Shown in pieces: positions 49,528-63,439 of a stretch of DNA of 64,000 nucleotides. Within the stretch, counting starts at the first letter, position 1, and every line of letters starts with the position of its first letter. This DNA comes from Sphyrna mokarran (taxonomy: Eukaryota). The position numbers were made by a program, and so were the translations under genes. The notes under the pieces were generated by a model that saw nothing but the letters and a program-made list of their open reading frames with translations, made no database searches and was not told the origin of the DNA. The stretch covers positions 10,230,001 to 10,294,000 of the forward strand of contig JAGIQG010000023.1 in NCBI GenBank assembly GCA_024679065.1, written 5' to 3'.

Positions 49528-52193
49528 GTACGCTGTTTATATTGTTAGTGTTGAAATGGTATGGCTTTTGTGTGAGTGATTAAATCCTCTTTAACAACAT
49601 TAGTGCAAGGATGGATGTCATTTATTGTCCCGGGTCAGTCATAGAGCAGCAATCATTGTTGGATTGTCATTCCACTCGAAGCTTTCCATCCTCGACTCAG
49701 CTCCACATTTCTTGTCTCACCTTCCGAGTCTAGACTCTCCAGAACTGTGGAGTGCAGCGTCCCTCGGAGGACTCCATTGCAACTCTGTAGGACATAGGTG
49801 GGTAGGATAGAAGCTGGATAGGGAGACAGGTGTATCGGTGTGTTGGTGGTTGGAGGCAAGAGTGGTAGGTGGGTGAGAAGACAGATGACTGTGTCATAAG
49901 TATGTGAGATTAATGGGGTTGCAGATAAGTGAGGTGGTAGATGTGGAAGGAAGCAGTTGAGTGAGGATGTAGGTTGATAAGGTAACAGCAGAGTAGGGTT
50001 GCAGTTGGAACAGGTGGTAGGTTGATGAGGTGGTAGATGAATAGTGTGGCAATTGTGTCAGGTTGGCAATGGTAGCCTGATTTGTGGGCTAATCACATTT
50101 GGATATTGGGTAATCAAATGGTGGGTGTAAAGGATAGTCAGAGAGAATAATTGGATTGGCTCAGGTTGTGGTTTAATCCCAAGGTCAGATGTGATAGTCA
50201 GAGGTATGGACTGATAGTTGACATGTCAGGAGGTTCATCAGAAGATTGGGAGAGGTAACGGGGGTCAGTGTGATTAATCAGGGGTCAGTTCTGTGTCTAC
50301 TCAGAAATAAAACTTGATTCTTTCAGTCTAATATTTCCTGGGTAATTATCCAGGTAAGCCCCAATGAATTGTTTGAAGCTCTTGCGCAAGATTTTCACAG
50401 AGGGACCCAGGGAACAGCAGAATTGTCCATTGGAAGTTCCAATGTCCCAGGCAATTCCCATGGAAGTCATCATGTTGCGTCATCTGCAGGGTTCTGACAC
50501 ACATCTTGGGTCATATGTCCAGTCTCTGATGATTCGGGAGACTGGGCATCATTTCTCAATAGCTCTCAGATCAGGAACCTTGGCTAGATATTGTTATGTT
50601 TGCTTCATAATGAAGGTGCGAGCTTTACAAAGGGTTGATTTGAAGTGATGCCTTTAAGGTACGTGCTCAGGCTGCTGTGTTACAGTCAGTTTTGTACTTG
50701 ATGCAGTGCAGAGAGCAGCTCTTCATTAAAACCTGTTTTGTGTTTGCTTGAATCTACATGTGCAAACCAAGTCTTCTCTTTTTCTGTTAAAACCCATAAC
50801 CCCAAACATAGTTGGGGCATAAAGAAAGAGCAGTTATTGGTGTCCAATGTAAACACGGGGGTTACAATGGTGATAAGGAGAAAATACCAATTAAACATCA
50901 AAATGATGAAAAAATTGCTGGAAATATGCAGCAGGTCACTTCTTACCTACAGAGAAAGCAGACAAGGAGAACCCTGAAGAAATAGCCAATATTTTTCTGG
51001 TCAAATTTCACTGCTATTTCTGAGGTTTTGCTGTGTGCAAATTGGTTGCCACATCTACTATATCACAACAGTGGTGATTATTTAAAAGTACTTCCTAAAT
51101 TGTAAAATTCTTTAGATCACTCAAAGAAGTACCATATAATTTCAAAACCTACTTCCTTAAACAAATGGCCAAGAATCAATTGCGTTAGGAAACAAAGAAT
51201 GATTGTTGATGGCTGTTTTTGTGACTGGAAGGCTGGTTCCAACATTCAGTGCTAGGTCTCCTGCTTTCTCTGGCACATATTAATGATTTATACGTAATGT
51301 AATGAAAATTACCAATGCTGTAGATAGCAAGGAAGGTTGCTGTCGACTGCAGGTAGATATCAAAGGATTGTTCAGATGGGCAGAAAAGAGGCAAATGAAT
51401 TGCACTAGAAAAGTGTGAGACGATGCATTTGAACAGGTCAAACAAAGTAAGTGGTTAGACAATAAATAGAAGGGTACTGGGGGACATAGCGGAAGTGAAA
51501 ATCCTTGGAGTGAATGTTCACAGGTCCTTGAAGGTAGCAGGACAGGTTGATAAGGCGGTTAAGGAAGCACATGGCATCTTTTCATTTATTAGTCAAGGTA
51601 TGGAATATAAGCTCAGAAAGATCATGCTGGAACTATATAAGATATTAGTTCACAACTTGAGTATTGTGTGCAGTTCTAGTCACCTCATGACAGAAAGGAT
51701 TTGTCAGAGAGGAGATTTACAGGGATGTTGCCAGGACTAGAAAATTGCAGCCAAAAAGAAAAATTTGGTAGGCTAGGGTTGTTCTCCTTAATTTAGAGGA
51801 GAATTGATTGAGATGCACAGCATTGTAAGGGCCCAGATAGAGTGGACAGGAAGGACCAGTTTACTTTTGCAGAGAGATCAGTGACTAGGGAGCATAAGTT
51901 TAAAGAAATTGGTAGAAAGATTTGAGGAGAGATGAGGAAAAATGTTTCCACCCAGAGGGCTGTAGTTTTCTGAAAGTGTGGTAGAGGCAGAAACACTCAA
52001 CTCATTTCAAAAATGTTTGGATAATCTGCAGAGCAATGGACAAAATGCTGGAGAGTGAGATTACAGGGGGGAGGGGGGGGGGCTGGTTTTTAAGCACAAC
52101 AGACATGATGGACCAAGTGGTCACTTTCTGCGCTGTAAAATTTCTATGATTGTAAAGTCCAGCACTGCTCATTTCCTATTCTCTGTGTCACAG

Positions 52194-52282
52194 TCTGGTT
52201 TACATTGTGCTGGGGGTGCTGGGGGCCATTCTTGTGGTATTCGTTGTTTCTCTACTTTTGCACCGGCGGCGAATTGACAAGG
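52194..52282 (+). CDS. Gene B exon: transmembrane
   Basis: LVYIVLGVLGAILVVFVVSLLLHRRRIDK; donor G|gtgagt; uncharged TM followed by a basic stop-transfer stretch. Confidence 0.9.
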
Positions 52283-53774
52283 GTGAGTTTCTGTTTCTCC
52301 TGACTCATTTTGTTATATTTCAATAATTTTCTGAAGAATATAAAGAGAACCTAATTTGCTGCAATCAACAAACATCTCTGATTCTGGTATTCTACACATT
52401 CTAATATAGATGTGTTAAACATGGAAGAATATTGAAGTTGTTACTGTTATTCAGAAACAACAGCTAACCCTGTGAACTCTGGAGGAAGTGAAACTCAACA
52501 TGGGTTTACAATGATAGAGACCATAAGACCATCAGAAATAAGAACAGGAGTAGGCCATTCGGCCCATCTGCTCCGTCATTCAATAGGATCATGTAGATTT
52601 GTTTGTGACCCACAATGGAATTATTTTGGCCATGTATGCCCCAAAATTAGAAGTTCCCATCCCAGTTCAACAGACCTTTCAAATGGTCCACCAAATTCTC
52701 TGTCCCACCTGCTACAATTCACAATGTGGATAGGACGGGAAAATCTTGCCCCAAGTCATTTCTTTGCTTAGCTATGTGAGGGAAATCTTGCAATGATCTT
52801 TCAGTATCTATTGATGCCTGGCTTGAATGCACTCAGTGGTGGAGCATTCACAGCTCTCTGCAACAGAGAATTCCAAAGATACAGAACCTTCTGTAACCTC
52901 ATCTCAATAAATGGGCCCACACTGTGCTCTGGGACTGTGACAGATTTAAGGCAGAGATAGATAGATTCATGATTGGTGAAGGGATCATAGATTTTTGGGG
53001 AAAAGGTGGGAGAATTGGATTGAGAAACTAATCAGCTATGATTGAATGGTGGAGCAGACTGGATGGGCTAAATGGGCTAATTCTGCTCCTATATCATATG
53101 CTCTTATGATCTTATGTACTCCAGTCAGAGGAAATATTTTCTCATATCTGCCCTATGAAGCAATTAAGATTTTTAAAAAATTTTCAATAAGATCATCTCA
53201 CATCCTGCTGAACAGCAAAGAATATTGTCTTGGTGTGATCCTATTGCTCCTTTATTGCACAATCCTTCAGGGCCATGTGACTGGACCACAATCAAGTGCA
53301 CAAGCCTATCGGGAATCTATTGGGAGGGAGGGCATGCAGCCCTGGGGGACGGAGGCTATTGTTGAAGCCTGGGCATTCTTAGGAGTAGATCTGTATCATT
53401 GTGATGTTAAACCCTTTGTTGTGTAGAGCTCATCCGAATCAATAAATCCTTTAGTTTGTAACTTCACCACATCATCTCGGGTTATTACACCTGGACCACT
53501 CAGTCTCTTCTCAGAACACAATTTCCTTCTTGGGAATCAGCACAGTGAACTGAAGATGGGAATGTCCGACCTGCAGCCAAAAACTACAAACAGTACTCCA
53601 GGTGTGGCCTCACCAATTCCCCATTTGTAACCCATCTGGAACAAAAGATAAGAACTCATTTGTCTTTCTTTAAATGCAAAACAATGCCCTGCAGCACATA
53701 TTCAGTTGAGACATTCTAAGTATAACTACCATTCTGATTAAAGCCTTTTCAATGTTAACATTTTCATTTTTCAG

Positions 53775-53827
53775 ATGCAAATGTCATAAGCCAAGGAAGA
53801 GGCAATGATAATGCTTATAATGATCAG
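53775..53827 (+). CDS. Gene B exon: cytoplasmic 1
   Basis: tttttcag|AT GCA..GAT CAG|gtgagg; DANVISQGRGNDNAYNDQ. Confidence 0.82.
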
Positions 53828-56266
53828 GTGAGGAGATCAAGTGTGAATTCTCTGACCAATGTCTGGAAATTTTCAAACCTGGATGATATAGAATTTACAG
53901 CACTGAAACAGCCCATGCTGGATTTGATGCTCAACACAAGCCTTCGTCCATCCCTCTTTATCCAACCTGAACAATATAAGCTTCTGTTCCTTTCACTCAC
54001 ATTTGCTTTTGTGGATTTGCCTTAAATGTATTGATGCTATTTGACTAAACTACACCTTGGACTGGCTCCAATCTTTAATCTCATTGAATGGGCACAAAGG
54101 GAGACAGACCTTGGCTTTACTTTCAGAAATGAGACCTCGTTAATTATTTCATCCCAACTTTGGATTTGATGACATTTGTCAGTTCACGCTCTCGTCTATT
54201 CCTGTAAAATCTCAAGTATTACTGCCAAAACAGAACAAAAATTGAGAATAAGAAAATGCTATCAAAAACCGATGAGTCCACCAATGAGAGATTGGCCTTG
54301 CTGTAACTTCACCATCTAGTCACTAAGCTTTGGCATCCTCTCTATCTAATTCATCACTTCATTATACCTTAAAATGTCTTTGCCTTAAAACTTTGAAAGA
54401 TTGTGGTCACCTTCACTAATATCTCCTTCCTTGGTTTAGTTTCTGTTTGTACCTGATGATGCTGCCATGGGTCTCGAGGCATATTACTATGTTGAAGCCT
54501 CCAAATAAATGTACTTTCTTGTGTTAAATATGGTCATAGTTAATTCTAATTTAGGATCGCTGCTGGTTCTACTGTGAGATAGTACTATGAAAGATGCTGT
54601 CATTCCAAAGGAGTTTGCATCATTGAACGCAGTCCCTGTTCCCCTGTGAATTAATTACAGCACAGTTCACTGGGAAGCTGCTGTGAAGATGTTTCAGTGC
54701 GGTTCCCACAATTACAGATGGGCAACACACACAAGCTGACCAAATGACAGAAAAAAGAACTCTGATAATCACAAGCCATAACAGAAAGTGTGGATATTTA
54801 GATAGTGCAATCATGTGAACAAACCTCATTCATAACGAATCATTATAATTAGGCAAGCATATATGGGGTGCCACATTAGCACAATGGTTACACTGCTTCT
54901 TTGCAGCACCAGGGACCTGGTTCAAGTCCGGCTTGGGTCACTGCCTGTATGGAGTTTGCACATTCTCCCCGTATCTGTGTGTGGGTTTCCACTGGGTGGT
55001 CCAATTTCCTCTCACATTCTGAAAGACATGCTGGTCATGTGCATTGACCCGAACAGGCACTGGACTGTGGTGACTCAGGAAATTTTACAGTAACTTACTC
55101 GTGATTAACAAATAAATAAACTTAAAACTTTAAGTACAGAGGATATACCTGGTTAACTACATTCATCTGACATAAATGAAATAGAACTATTCGCTCAATG
55201 AGTTCTGAACAAATGTATACTTGTGATTGGTGTATGAGAATTATCTGTAAAATATGCAAAGTTATAATGGTGCATGCCCTGTACCAGTGCGCCACCTTGT
55301 GGGAGGCAGACCTCCTCACTAAAGTGTAAATAAAGGCTAATTTAAAATCCTGAAAGCTTCATCTCGTCTGCCAAGGATGCGAGATACAATTTCACTGAAT
55401 GGCGGCAAAATTCCTTTTCACATTCTGCCTTAGAAAATTTAAAACATTAAGGCTAGATTCAGCAAGCTGGGCCTCTCTTCTCTGATTAATGATCTAGCTG
55501 AGATCTTAAGATTCAGGTAGAGATAACAAAGATGTTTCCACTTGCAGGCAAGACCAAAAACAGTGACTATAAATAGTGGATAGTCATTAATAACAGGTAC
55601 TGATGAATTAGTATTGGACTAGTAATCTAGAGATGCAGGATCAACATCTGGGGATGTTCAAATTCCACCAAGACAGAACTCAATAAAAGTCTGGAATTAA
55701 GTGTCTAATGATGTTCGTAAAACTACTGCTGATTGCAGTAAAAACCCCATTTCGTTCACTAATGTCATTTAGGGATATTTCCCTGCGGAAATCTGCTGCC
55801 TATGCCTGGTCTGGCCTACACATGACTCATAAATGCCCCCTGAAATAGCCGAACAAGCCATTCAGTTCAATGATGGATGGGTAAAAATGTTGGCCCAGCC
55901 AGCAACGACCACATTCCTTGTGTGAATAAAAAAGGTTCATCCAACAGCGAATTCAAGAAAAGCATCTTTACCCAGAGTGTTCAGAATTGAAATTTTCCAC
56001 CATAGGGAACAGTTGAGGCCAATAGCGCAAAATACATTCAAAGAGGAGCTGGATAAGCACATGGAAAGGGAATGTTATTTTGATGAGATTAACTGGACAG
56101 GTTTATGTGAAGTTGGGACAAATGATATGTTTCACCGTTGGAAATAGATTATCGAATGTTGCGATGACATGTAAACTGATTTGCAACAATCTAAAAATCG
56201 ATTTCTCCATTAATCTCCATTCAAGTTAAGTGGAAATAAATTGGATCTTTATTTTCTATTTTGCAG

Positions 56267-56542
56267 CAATTGGCAGTTGTAGAAGAGAACTTTGAGTATG
56301 CCAATGTAAAGTGCCATCGAGGGAACTCAGCAGAAACACGCAGCAAGCAAACTGTCCGCTTCACTAACAATGAGGATAGAGTCACAAATGCAGCTCTGCA
56401 GATTCAAAAGCCTGAAGAGTTAAGAGATCGAGGCACTCAGTTAACAATGAGGATGTGTCAAGGTTCAATGACAGCTCCCAAAGAACAACACACAAACTTT
56501 GATGAATATGTAATAGCAATATATGCTAACAAAACTCATTAG
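56267..56542 (+). CDS. Gene B last coding exon: cytoplasmic tail with degenerate tyrosine motifs
   Basis: tttgcag|CAA TTG; open to TAG; FEYANV, VTNAAL, AIYANK. Confidence 0.87.
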   Translation, partial: QLAVVEENFEYANVKCHRGNSAETRSKQTVRFTNNEDRVTNAALQIQKPEELRDRGTQLTMRMCQGSMTAPKEQHTNFDEYVIAIYANKTH

Positions 56543-56849
56543 AAAAAATATTCACTATAAGCACATGAAGAATATTATTCCTTCTTACTTTGCAATTAAA
56601 TTTCATCTGCAATGAATTGTCCACAAACTTATTTTGTCAATTTGTCTGTATTTTCTGAGTTGTTCCCTCCAGTTTGATTGCTGCTGCCAATTTGGTTTCA
56701 TTGCCATATTTAATCAGATAACAATGAGCTCCCGGTTCCGATTCCCTGGAAATAATAGACCCACTGGTGGATGTTTCCCAAAATTAGTTTGACTCTGGAC
56801 TGGTTCTCACCGATTAGAGGGTAGCTAATGCAAGCTGCAAAAAAGGAGG

Positions 56850-59700
56850 CAGAGAGAAAGCAACAAACTATAGTCCACTGAGCCTAACGTCAATGCTGGG
56901 AAAGTTGTTAGAGTCTATTTCATTGTTCAGCATTTCACAGCTCAGCATTTGGAAGACAATGGTATAATTAGACAAAGTCAGCCTGGATTTACAAAGTGGA
57001 AATCATACTTGACAAATCTACTGGAATTCTTTGTCAACTTTGTAGAGTTGACAAAGGAGAACAGGTAGATATGGTTTATTTGGACTTTCAGATGAGGTCT
57101 CATGTTGCTGACTACTATGTAAAGTTAAGGCACATGGGAGTGAGGGTAGTATATTGTGATGGATAGCAAGCTGGTTAGCAGATTGGAAGCAAACAGTTGA
57201 CATAAATGCATGTTTTTCCAATTGGCAGGCAGTGATTAGTGGGCTACTGTAAGGATCTGTGTGAGAATCCCAACAATTCATGTTATATATTAACAATTTG
57301 GAAGAGTGTACTATATGTAATATCTCCAAGTGCGCAAATGATTTAAAGTTGAGTGGGAGGGTAAGCTGTGAGGAGGATACAGAGATGCTTCAGCATAATT
57401 AGACAGGCATGGCAGATACAGTATAATGTAGATAAATTGCAGGTTATCCACTTCAGTAGCAATAATAGAAATGTGATGCTACTGTACCTTTAAGAAATGT
57501 TTTTTAAAAAAAACATGCTCTCTGCAGTTTGCAAGCTGGTCTTTTGTTTTTGTTATAGCGCCAGCTGCTTGCTTAGAAGTGCTTTTATTGCTGCATAAGT
57601 GGGTTAAATGAAGTTTTGTTTATTTTTACTCTGGGTCGAATTCATTTCCTTGCATTTTATGAATTATTGAAGTGTTGTGGGAAGATTGCTTGACAAATAA
57701 AATTCATGTGGTTCCTCCACAGAGATATCTAAGGATTCACTTTCAGTCTTGGGTGAGAAGGTGTTTTACTTCAGACTGGCTGCAGTGTTCTCTCTCTCTC
57801 TCTCTGGTGTTTTGAGAAGCTGTTCTAGCTTCAAACTTATCCGTGCTATGTCAAGAAAGTTGCAGAATTCAACCAAAGGACTAAGTTTCAGCATCAAGTG
57901 AACATTCTCATTTTCTGTGCTAAACCTGTGGCAGGTACATGTTTTGAAGGAGGTTTGTTCTGTTGGAACAAAGCATTTAGTTGTTAAGATTGATACGATA
58001 CCATGGTTGTTATTTTTTCTTATTTTGTAATTGGTAAAAGTTATTGCTAATTTCTTTCTATGTGTTAACTGTATTCTTAAATAAAATTTGTTTGATAAAA
58101 GCTCCCTAGGGAATCATTTGAATCAGACTTGAAGTAAAACATCTCATGCTTATCCTAGTCAAATTCAAATCCAAAATTTATTGTCCAAGCCAACTTCATA
58201 AAATACCTTGGAGTTTTTTACTTGGAAGGCAGCTTATTATTTAAATGGGTGTAAACTGAGAGAGGTGGATACTCTGCACTACCTTGGTGTCCTCATGCAT
58301 CAGCCACTGAAAGTGAGCACGCAGATACAGCAGGAAGTAAAGACGACAAATGGTATATTGGCTTTCAGAGCGAGAGGATTTGAATATAGGAATATGGATG
58401 CTTTGCTGTATTTGTATAGGGCATTGGTGAGGCCATACCTAGAGCATTGTGTGCAGTGCTGGTTTCCTTATCAGAAGAAGGAGGCGCTTGTGACAGAGAA
58501 AGTACAACAAAGGCTGACTCCTGATGAATGAAGGGAGGCTAAGTCCATAAGGATTATATTCATTGGAGTTTAGAAGAGTGAGAGGGAATCTCATAGAAAC
58601 TTATAAAATTCTAACAGGGTGAGACAGGGTAGATTCAGAAAGTATGTTCTCATTGGTGAGGGAATCCAGAACCAGGAATCATGTTTTTAGGATAAAGGTC
58701 CCTGGATTACTAGTCCAGGGACAATAGCACAATGTGACTGCCTTTCAACTAATAGCTGAAAAGACAGCAAGTTGGTGAAAAAAAAATAAAAATCAGAGAC
58801 TTGAGGGGGAAATGAGAAAAAAATAGTTGTTCAGATTGGAAGAAGATAAAAAGTGATATTCTACAATAATCAGGATAGAAAACACTGTTAATTATGATGT
58901 ACATAAATAATAAGACTTGGGAGTAAGTAACTCTATGAAAATGTGCAAGTTGTGCCAAAATTGAGTGTATGGCTGTCATTTAGGCAGAATATAACATAAT
59001 ACGGAAATCGATTAGAAAAGTTGCAGACTGGGTCGGTAAGTAACAAAGAAACTTTCCTCCAGATAAATGCAAGATGATGCACTTTGAAATAATAAACAAT
59101 CTCTACCTTAGACAATAAGCTTCTGAAATGAGTTAGAAGGGCATGAAAATCTAGAGAGACAGGTTAACAAGTAATTAGAAGCCATGTAACTGATCAGTAA
59201 AAAACGAAATAAAATATTGACAAAGCATTGAGATTTCATTCCAGTGGGATCAAATTCAAAAGTGGCCAAATTATATACAAGCCTAGGTAGACTATGCTTA
59301 CAGCACCTTGCACAACACTGGTGCCCGGACTGTAAAAATGATAAACAAACACTCCATAAAGTACAAAGAAAGATTTACAAGAATGTTTTAGAATGTGGAT
59401 GGTGCAGCCACAGGGAATGATTAGACAGACAGGGTAGTTTTCATTAGAAAAGGGAAAACTTAGTGGACACATGACAGAGGTCTTTAAAATTCTGAATAGG
59501 TTGGATTGGGCACCTGCAAAGAAAATACTCCCATTTTTGGGAGACGATTAACACAAGCTAGTTACCAATATATCTGACAGGGGAATAAGGAGCAACAATA
59601 TGACTCAGAGAGTGATGACAGACTGTGGAGATTTCTACTATAAAAGACCGAGGCAAATAGTTTTGATGCTTTAAAGAGTGAAGTAGGTGATTTTGTCAGA
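56850..59700 (+). mobile_element. Degenerate CR1 RT fragments interrupted by an LTR-like insert (~57472-58220)
   Basis: GFT..KSYLTNLLEFF; LYRALVRPYLEHCVQCW. The insert starts TGTG and carries AATAAA. Confidence 0.7.
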
Positions 59701-61794
59701 CAAAGGTGAGGGTACACAGTGGCACAGTGGTTAGCACTGCTACCTCACAGCACCAGGGACCCTAGGTCCAATTCCCGACTTAGGTCACTGTCTGTGTGGG
59801 GACTGCATGTTCTCCCTGTGTCTGCATGGGTTTCCTCCAGGTGCTTCACAACAATCTCCTCATTAGAATGAGGAAGCAGAATTATAGACACAAATCCCAG
59901 CTTCCTTCTGCACCATCGGGCTTCTATGAGAAAGATAAGCTACAGGTGGAGTGAGAGTGGGCTCCTGTGGATTATAAAAATAGATGGGCTGAATGGCCTG
60001 TTTCTGTGACATACTATTTAAATTCTTGCTATTGTTTCTAAGTCTGTGCAGCTTTACTCATTGTTATCGGAGAGGTTTTTCAAACAGATATAACTTATTT
60101 TAGTCTGAGATTTTCATTGAACCATTTTAAATATATGTATAATTTGAGCATCTTTTTGTTCATGAGGATTGACACATGACACATTATACTCTAAATGTTA
60201 CAAACAAAATACAATGATAATATGAGCAATTATAACTTTGTCAATACAACGAGAACAAACAAAGCACTACAACAGTAATTTGCATTTAGAAAGTAAATTT
60301 ACCTGCCCAGAACTGAACACAATGGATGACTAACCAATGCTTCATAAAGGTGAAGCATAACTTCTTCGCTTTTGTAACTCTGTCCCTCTATCAATCAACC
60401 CAAGGATCTGAAACATGTTTTTTTCACAGTCTTCTCAACTTATCCTTCTACCTTCACTCATATACGCAATGGAGCTGTCAAGTATGTTGGTGAATGCTGT
60501 AAAACCCAATACCCTTCACTAAACAACCGAAAAAAAATGGTTTGCATTTATCAATGCTTTAGCCTCAGAAAATCCCCAGTAATCAGTAACATACTTTGAA
60601 AGTTTTGCTGCAGGAAGCACAGTAGCCAACTGGTGCACAGCAAGAAATCACGAAGTGCGAAGTAAAACTGGTGAATGTTCGCCTTCCGTTCATCACGGGA
60701 ATAGTAGCGGAATGGGCGGAGGGAGGAATCTGACCATTGGGAGGATCCGTTGACTTCAGGGCAGGATGTTCTGGTTTTCATGGTGAGTGCGGCTGGAAAA
60801 TCACGCCCATAATCAGCAGATAATCTGGTTCTTGGCGATGATGATGGAGAGATAAATTTTGGCCAGTGCACCACACTGGCCAGGATAACTTTTACATCGA
60901 TAAAGGTTACAGTGAAGAATACTAAGATTCAAAGACGTTCAACCAACAACTTCCAGCTTGATCACTGCATGAAACTAGACAATCAGGGGAGGGAGGCCCA
61001 ACCCATCTTCAATGCCCGTTTGCACTGAGTTCGGGGTGCCGTGTCTGAAGGGCACTATGATCAGATGAAAAAAATTCCACCTCCCCCTCTGCCCCGCCAT
61101 TAAGTTTTCACTGGGGTCCACCCTAGCACTGCCCCCTGGCACAGCTTGGCATAACTACTTGGCACTGCCTGATTAGCATAGTGCCAACCTGGCTTTGCCA
61201 ACATGTGCTAAGGGTATGCCAGGGACATTGCCAGGTCACTGCCTGGCCTTGTGCTTCTACCCCAGGAGTTATACTCACCTTTATACCTGAAAGATACCCC
61301 CACAACAGGTTCATGTCTGGATGAACTTGTTGTAAATCACGCCAGTCAATATCTGTTGAGAGGGGTGTTTAATTATATGGAAATATACTCAAATGCAGGA
61401 GAAGTTATTTCCAATTGCATTTCATTTTGACTGATGTTACAATCGCTTGACTGTGGAGGAAAAAAGTAGCAATTACAGCATAACTTTATAGAACTGAACA
61501 TGAAAGTTCACTTAGTTACAAATAGAAATTGATCACATTTCTGGCTTTGTTGGGGTTCTCTTTACAGCTATTACAATATCCATAACCACCCCATTAAACA
61601 CAAGAGACAATCACATTAACCTGATCAGAAAACACTTCTTGAAAGCCTAGCAATTGAAACGCCACTGTCTGATTCATGGATGTTATCTTTTAGGAAGTGA
61701 AGTGATAAGGATGTAACTGGAACCAATCTTTACTTGCTTTTTTAAGTATTACGAAGTTGTAGACTACAAGCAAATCCAATGAATGGAGCAACAA

Positions 61795-62110
61795 GATGGC
61801 ACAGTGGTTAGCACTGCTGCCTCACAGTGCCAGGGAGCCAGGTTCAATTCCAGCTTGGGTTACCGTCTGTCAGAGTTTGCACATTCGCTCCATGTCTGCA
61901 TGGGTGTCCTCCAGGTGCTCCGGTTTTCTCCCACACTCCAAAGATGTGTGGGTTAGATTGATTGGCCACGGAAAATTGCCCCTTAGTGTCAGGGGTACTA
62001 CCAGGGTAGATATATGGGGTTACAGGGATAGAATCTGGGTGAGATTGTGATCGGTGCAGACTCGATGTGCCAAATGGCCTCCTTCAGCACTGTAGAGATT
62101 CAATGATTCT
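61795..62110 (+). mobile_element. HE1-like tRNA SINE
   Basis: TGGCACAGTGGTTAGCACTGCTGCCTCACAG..GGTTCAATTCC; gattcta tail. Confidence 0.85.
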
Positions 62111-62515
62111 ACGAAGAGTTTTAAAATGTGTCCATTGAGATGTAGGTATTGCCGGCAAGGACAGTATTTGTTACCCATCCCCGAATTGTTTGTTCCTGTG
62201 GAGCAGCACGGAGAGGCAGCGATTTGGGCGAGTGTAAAGTTCGAGTTTAAGGTAATTTTTAACATTTTCTTTTTGGTTAAAGTAGCGAAAGGTGGTAGTT
62301 TTTTGCTGTTTTTTTTAAAACTAACTGGAAACCGGAAGTTGTCATAAGGAGGCTTGCCGGTAGTTGTAGTTTTTCTCTCTGACTCTATAAATTGGTACAG
62401 AGAGGAAACCTGATACTCTACACAGGTAGAGTATCCCACCCTGCCCCCTCCTCTAACCTAATAATAAAAGTGTGTGGGAAGTTTTTTTTCTCTCCTAGAA
62501 ATTAAAGTATCAGAG

Positions 62516-63439
62516 ATGGCAAAGCAGGCAGTACGTTGCACCTCCTGCGGTATGTATGAGGCGAGGGACACCAGTAGTGTTCCTGCTGATTATACCTGCA
62601 GGAAGTGTGCCCATTTGCAGCTCCTTGAGGATCGTGTTAAGGAGCTGGAGCTGGAATTAGAGGAACTCAGGATAATTCGAGAGGTTGAGGCAGATATTGA
62701 CAGGAGTTACAAAGAGATAGTCACTCCTAAAAGAGATTCTTGGGTAACTATTAGGAAGAGGGGTAAGAAGCAATCGGGTAGACAATCCCCTGGGGCTGTT
62801 CCCCTCCAAAATAAGTTTTCTGTCCTGGAGGCTACAGTTGAGGAAGAATCAACTGGAGATAGCCAAAGGGAGCAGGTCTCGGGGGGTGAGCCTGCTGTGA
62901 ATGCTCAGGTGGGTAGGGGAAATAAGAGATTGGGCCTGGTAATTGGAGACTCCATAGTTAGGGGGACAGATAAGAGAGTAAATAGTAATAAATGGGACTC
63001 AGGGCTGGTGTGTTGTCTCCCAGGGGCCGGAGTCCAGGACGTCTCAAAGCGGGTTTTCAAGATTCTTAAGGGAGAGGGGAGTCAGCCCCAAGTCATAGTT
63101 CATGTAGGGACACATGATGTAGGTAGGACAAGGGAAGGGGATATTAAACAGAAATTTATGGAATTGGGGTGGAAGCTTAGGGCCAAAACAGACAGAGTGG
63201 TTATCTCTGGACTCTTGCCTGTGCCACGGGATAGTTTAGAGAAAAACAGAGAGAGGGAATGTTTGAACTCGTGGCTGCGGGGATGGTGCAGGAGGGAGGG
63301 GTTCAGGTTCTTGAACAATTGGGGCTCATTCTGGGGTAGGTGGAACCTCTACAAGAGAGATGGTCTACACCTGAACCAGAGGGGAACCAATATCTTGGGG
63401 GGAAAATTTGCAAAGGCTATGCATGGGGGTTTAAACTGA
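62516..63439 (+). CDS. CR1 ORF1p: CxxC..CxxC zinc finger, coiled coil and SGNH/GDSL esterase domain
   Basis: CTSCGM..CRKC; LEDRVKELELELEEL; GDSIVRG, HVGTHD, DGLHLN motifs; open frame. Confidence 0.9.
   Translation: MAKQAVRCTSCGMYEARDTSSVPADYTCRKCAHLQLLEDRVKELELELEELRIIREVEADIDRSYKEIVTPKRDSWVTIRKRGKKQSGRQSPGAVPLQNKFSVLEATVEEESTGDSQREQVSGGEPAVNAQVGRGNKRLGLVIGDSIVRGTDKRVNSNKWDSGLVCCLPGAGVQDVSKRVFKILKGEGSQPQVIVHVGTHDVGRTREGDIKQKFMELGWKLRAKTDRVVISGLLPVPRDSLEKNRERECLNSWLRGWCRREGFRFLNNWGSFWGRWNLYKRDGLHLNQRGTNILGGKFAKAMHGGLN

Larger units (their letters stand above)
40243..56728 (+). repeat. Tandem segmental duplication, copy B (homology probably extends further 5')
   Basis: Colinear with 1-19240; homology stops after 'aacaatga' at about 56728. 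Confidence 0.9.

Noticed and set aside
2224-56542. Calling the genes PIGR or CD300 orthologues, or antigen-receptor V segments
   Set aside because: The mixed V/C2 architecture differs from both, orthology cannot be tested here, and the V exons end in splice donors with no RSS.
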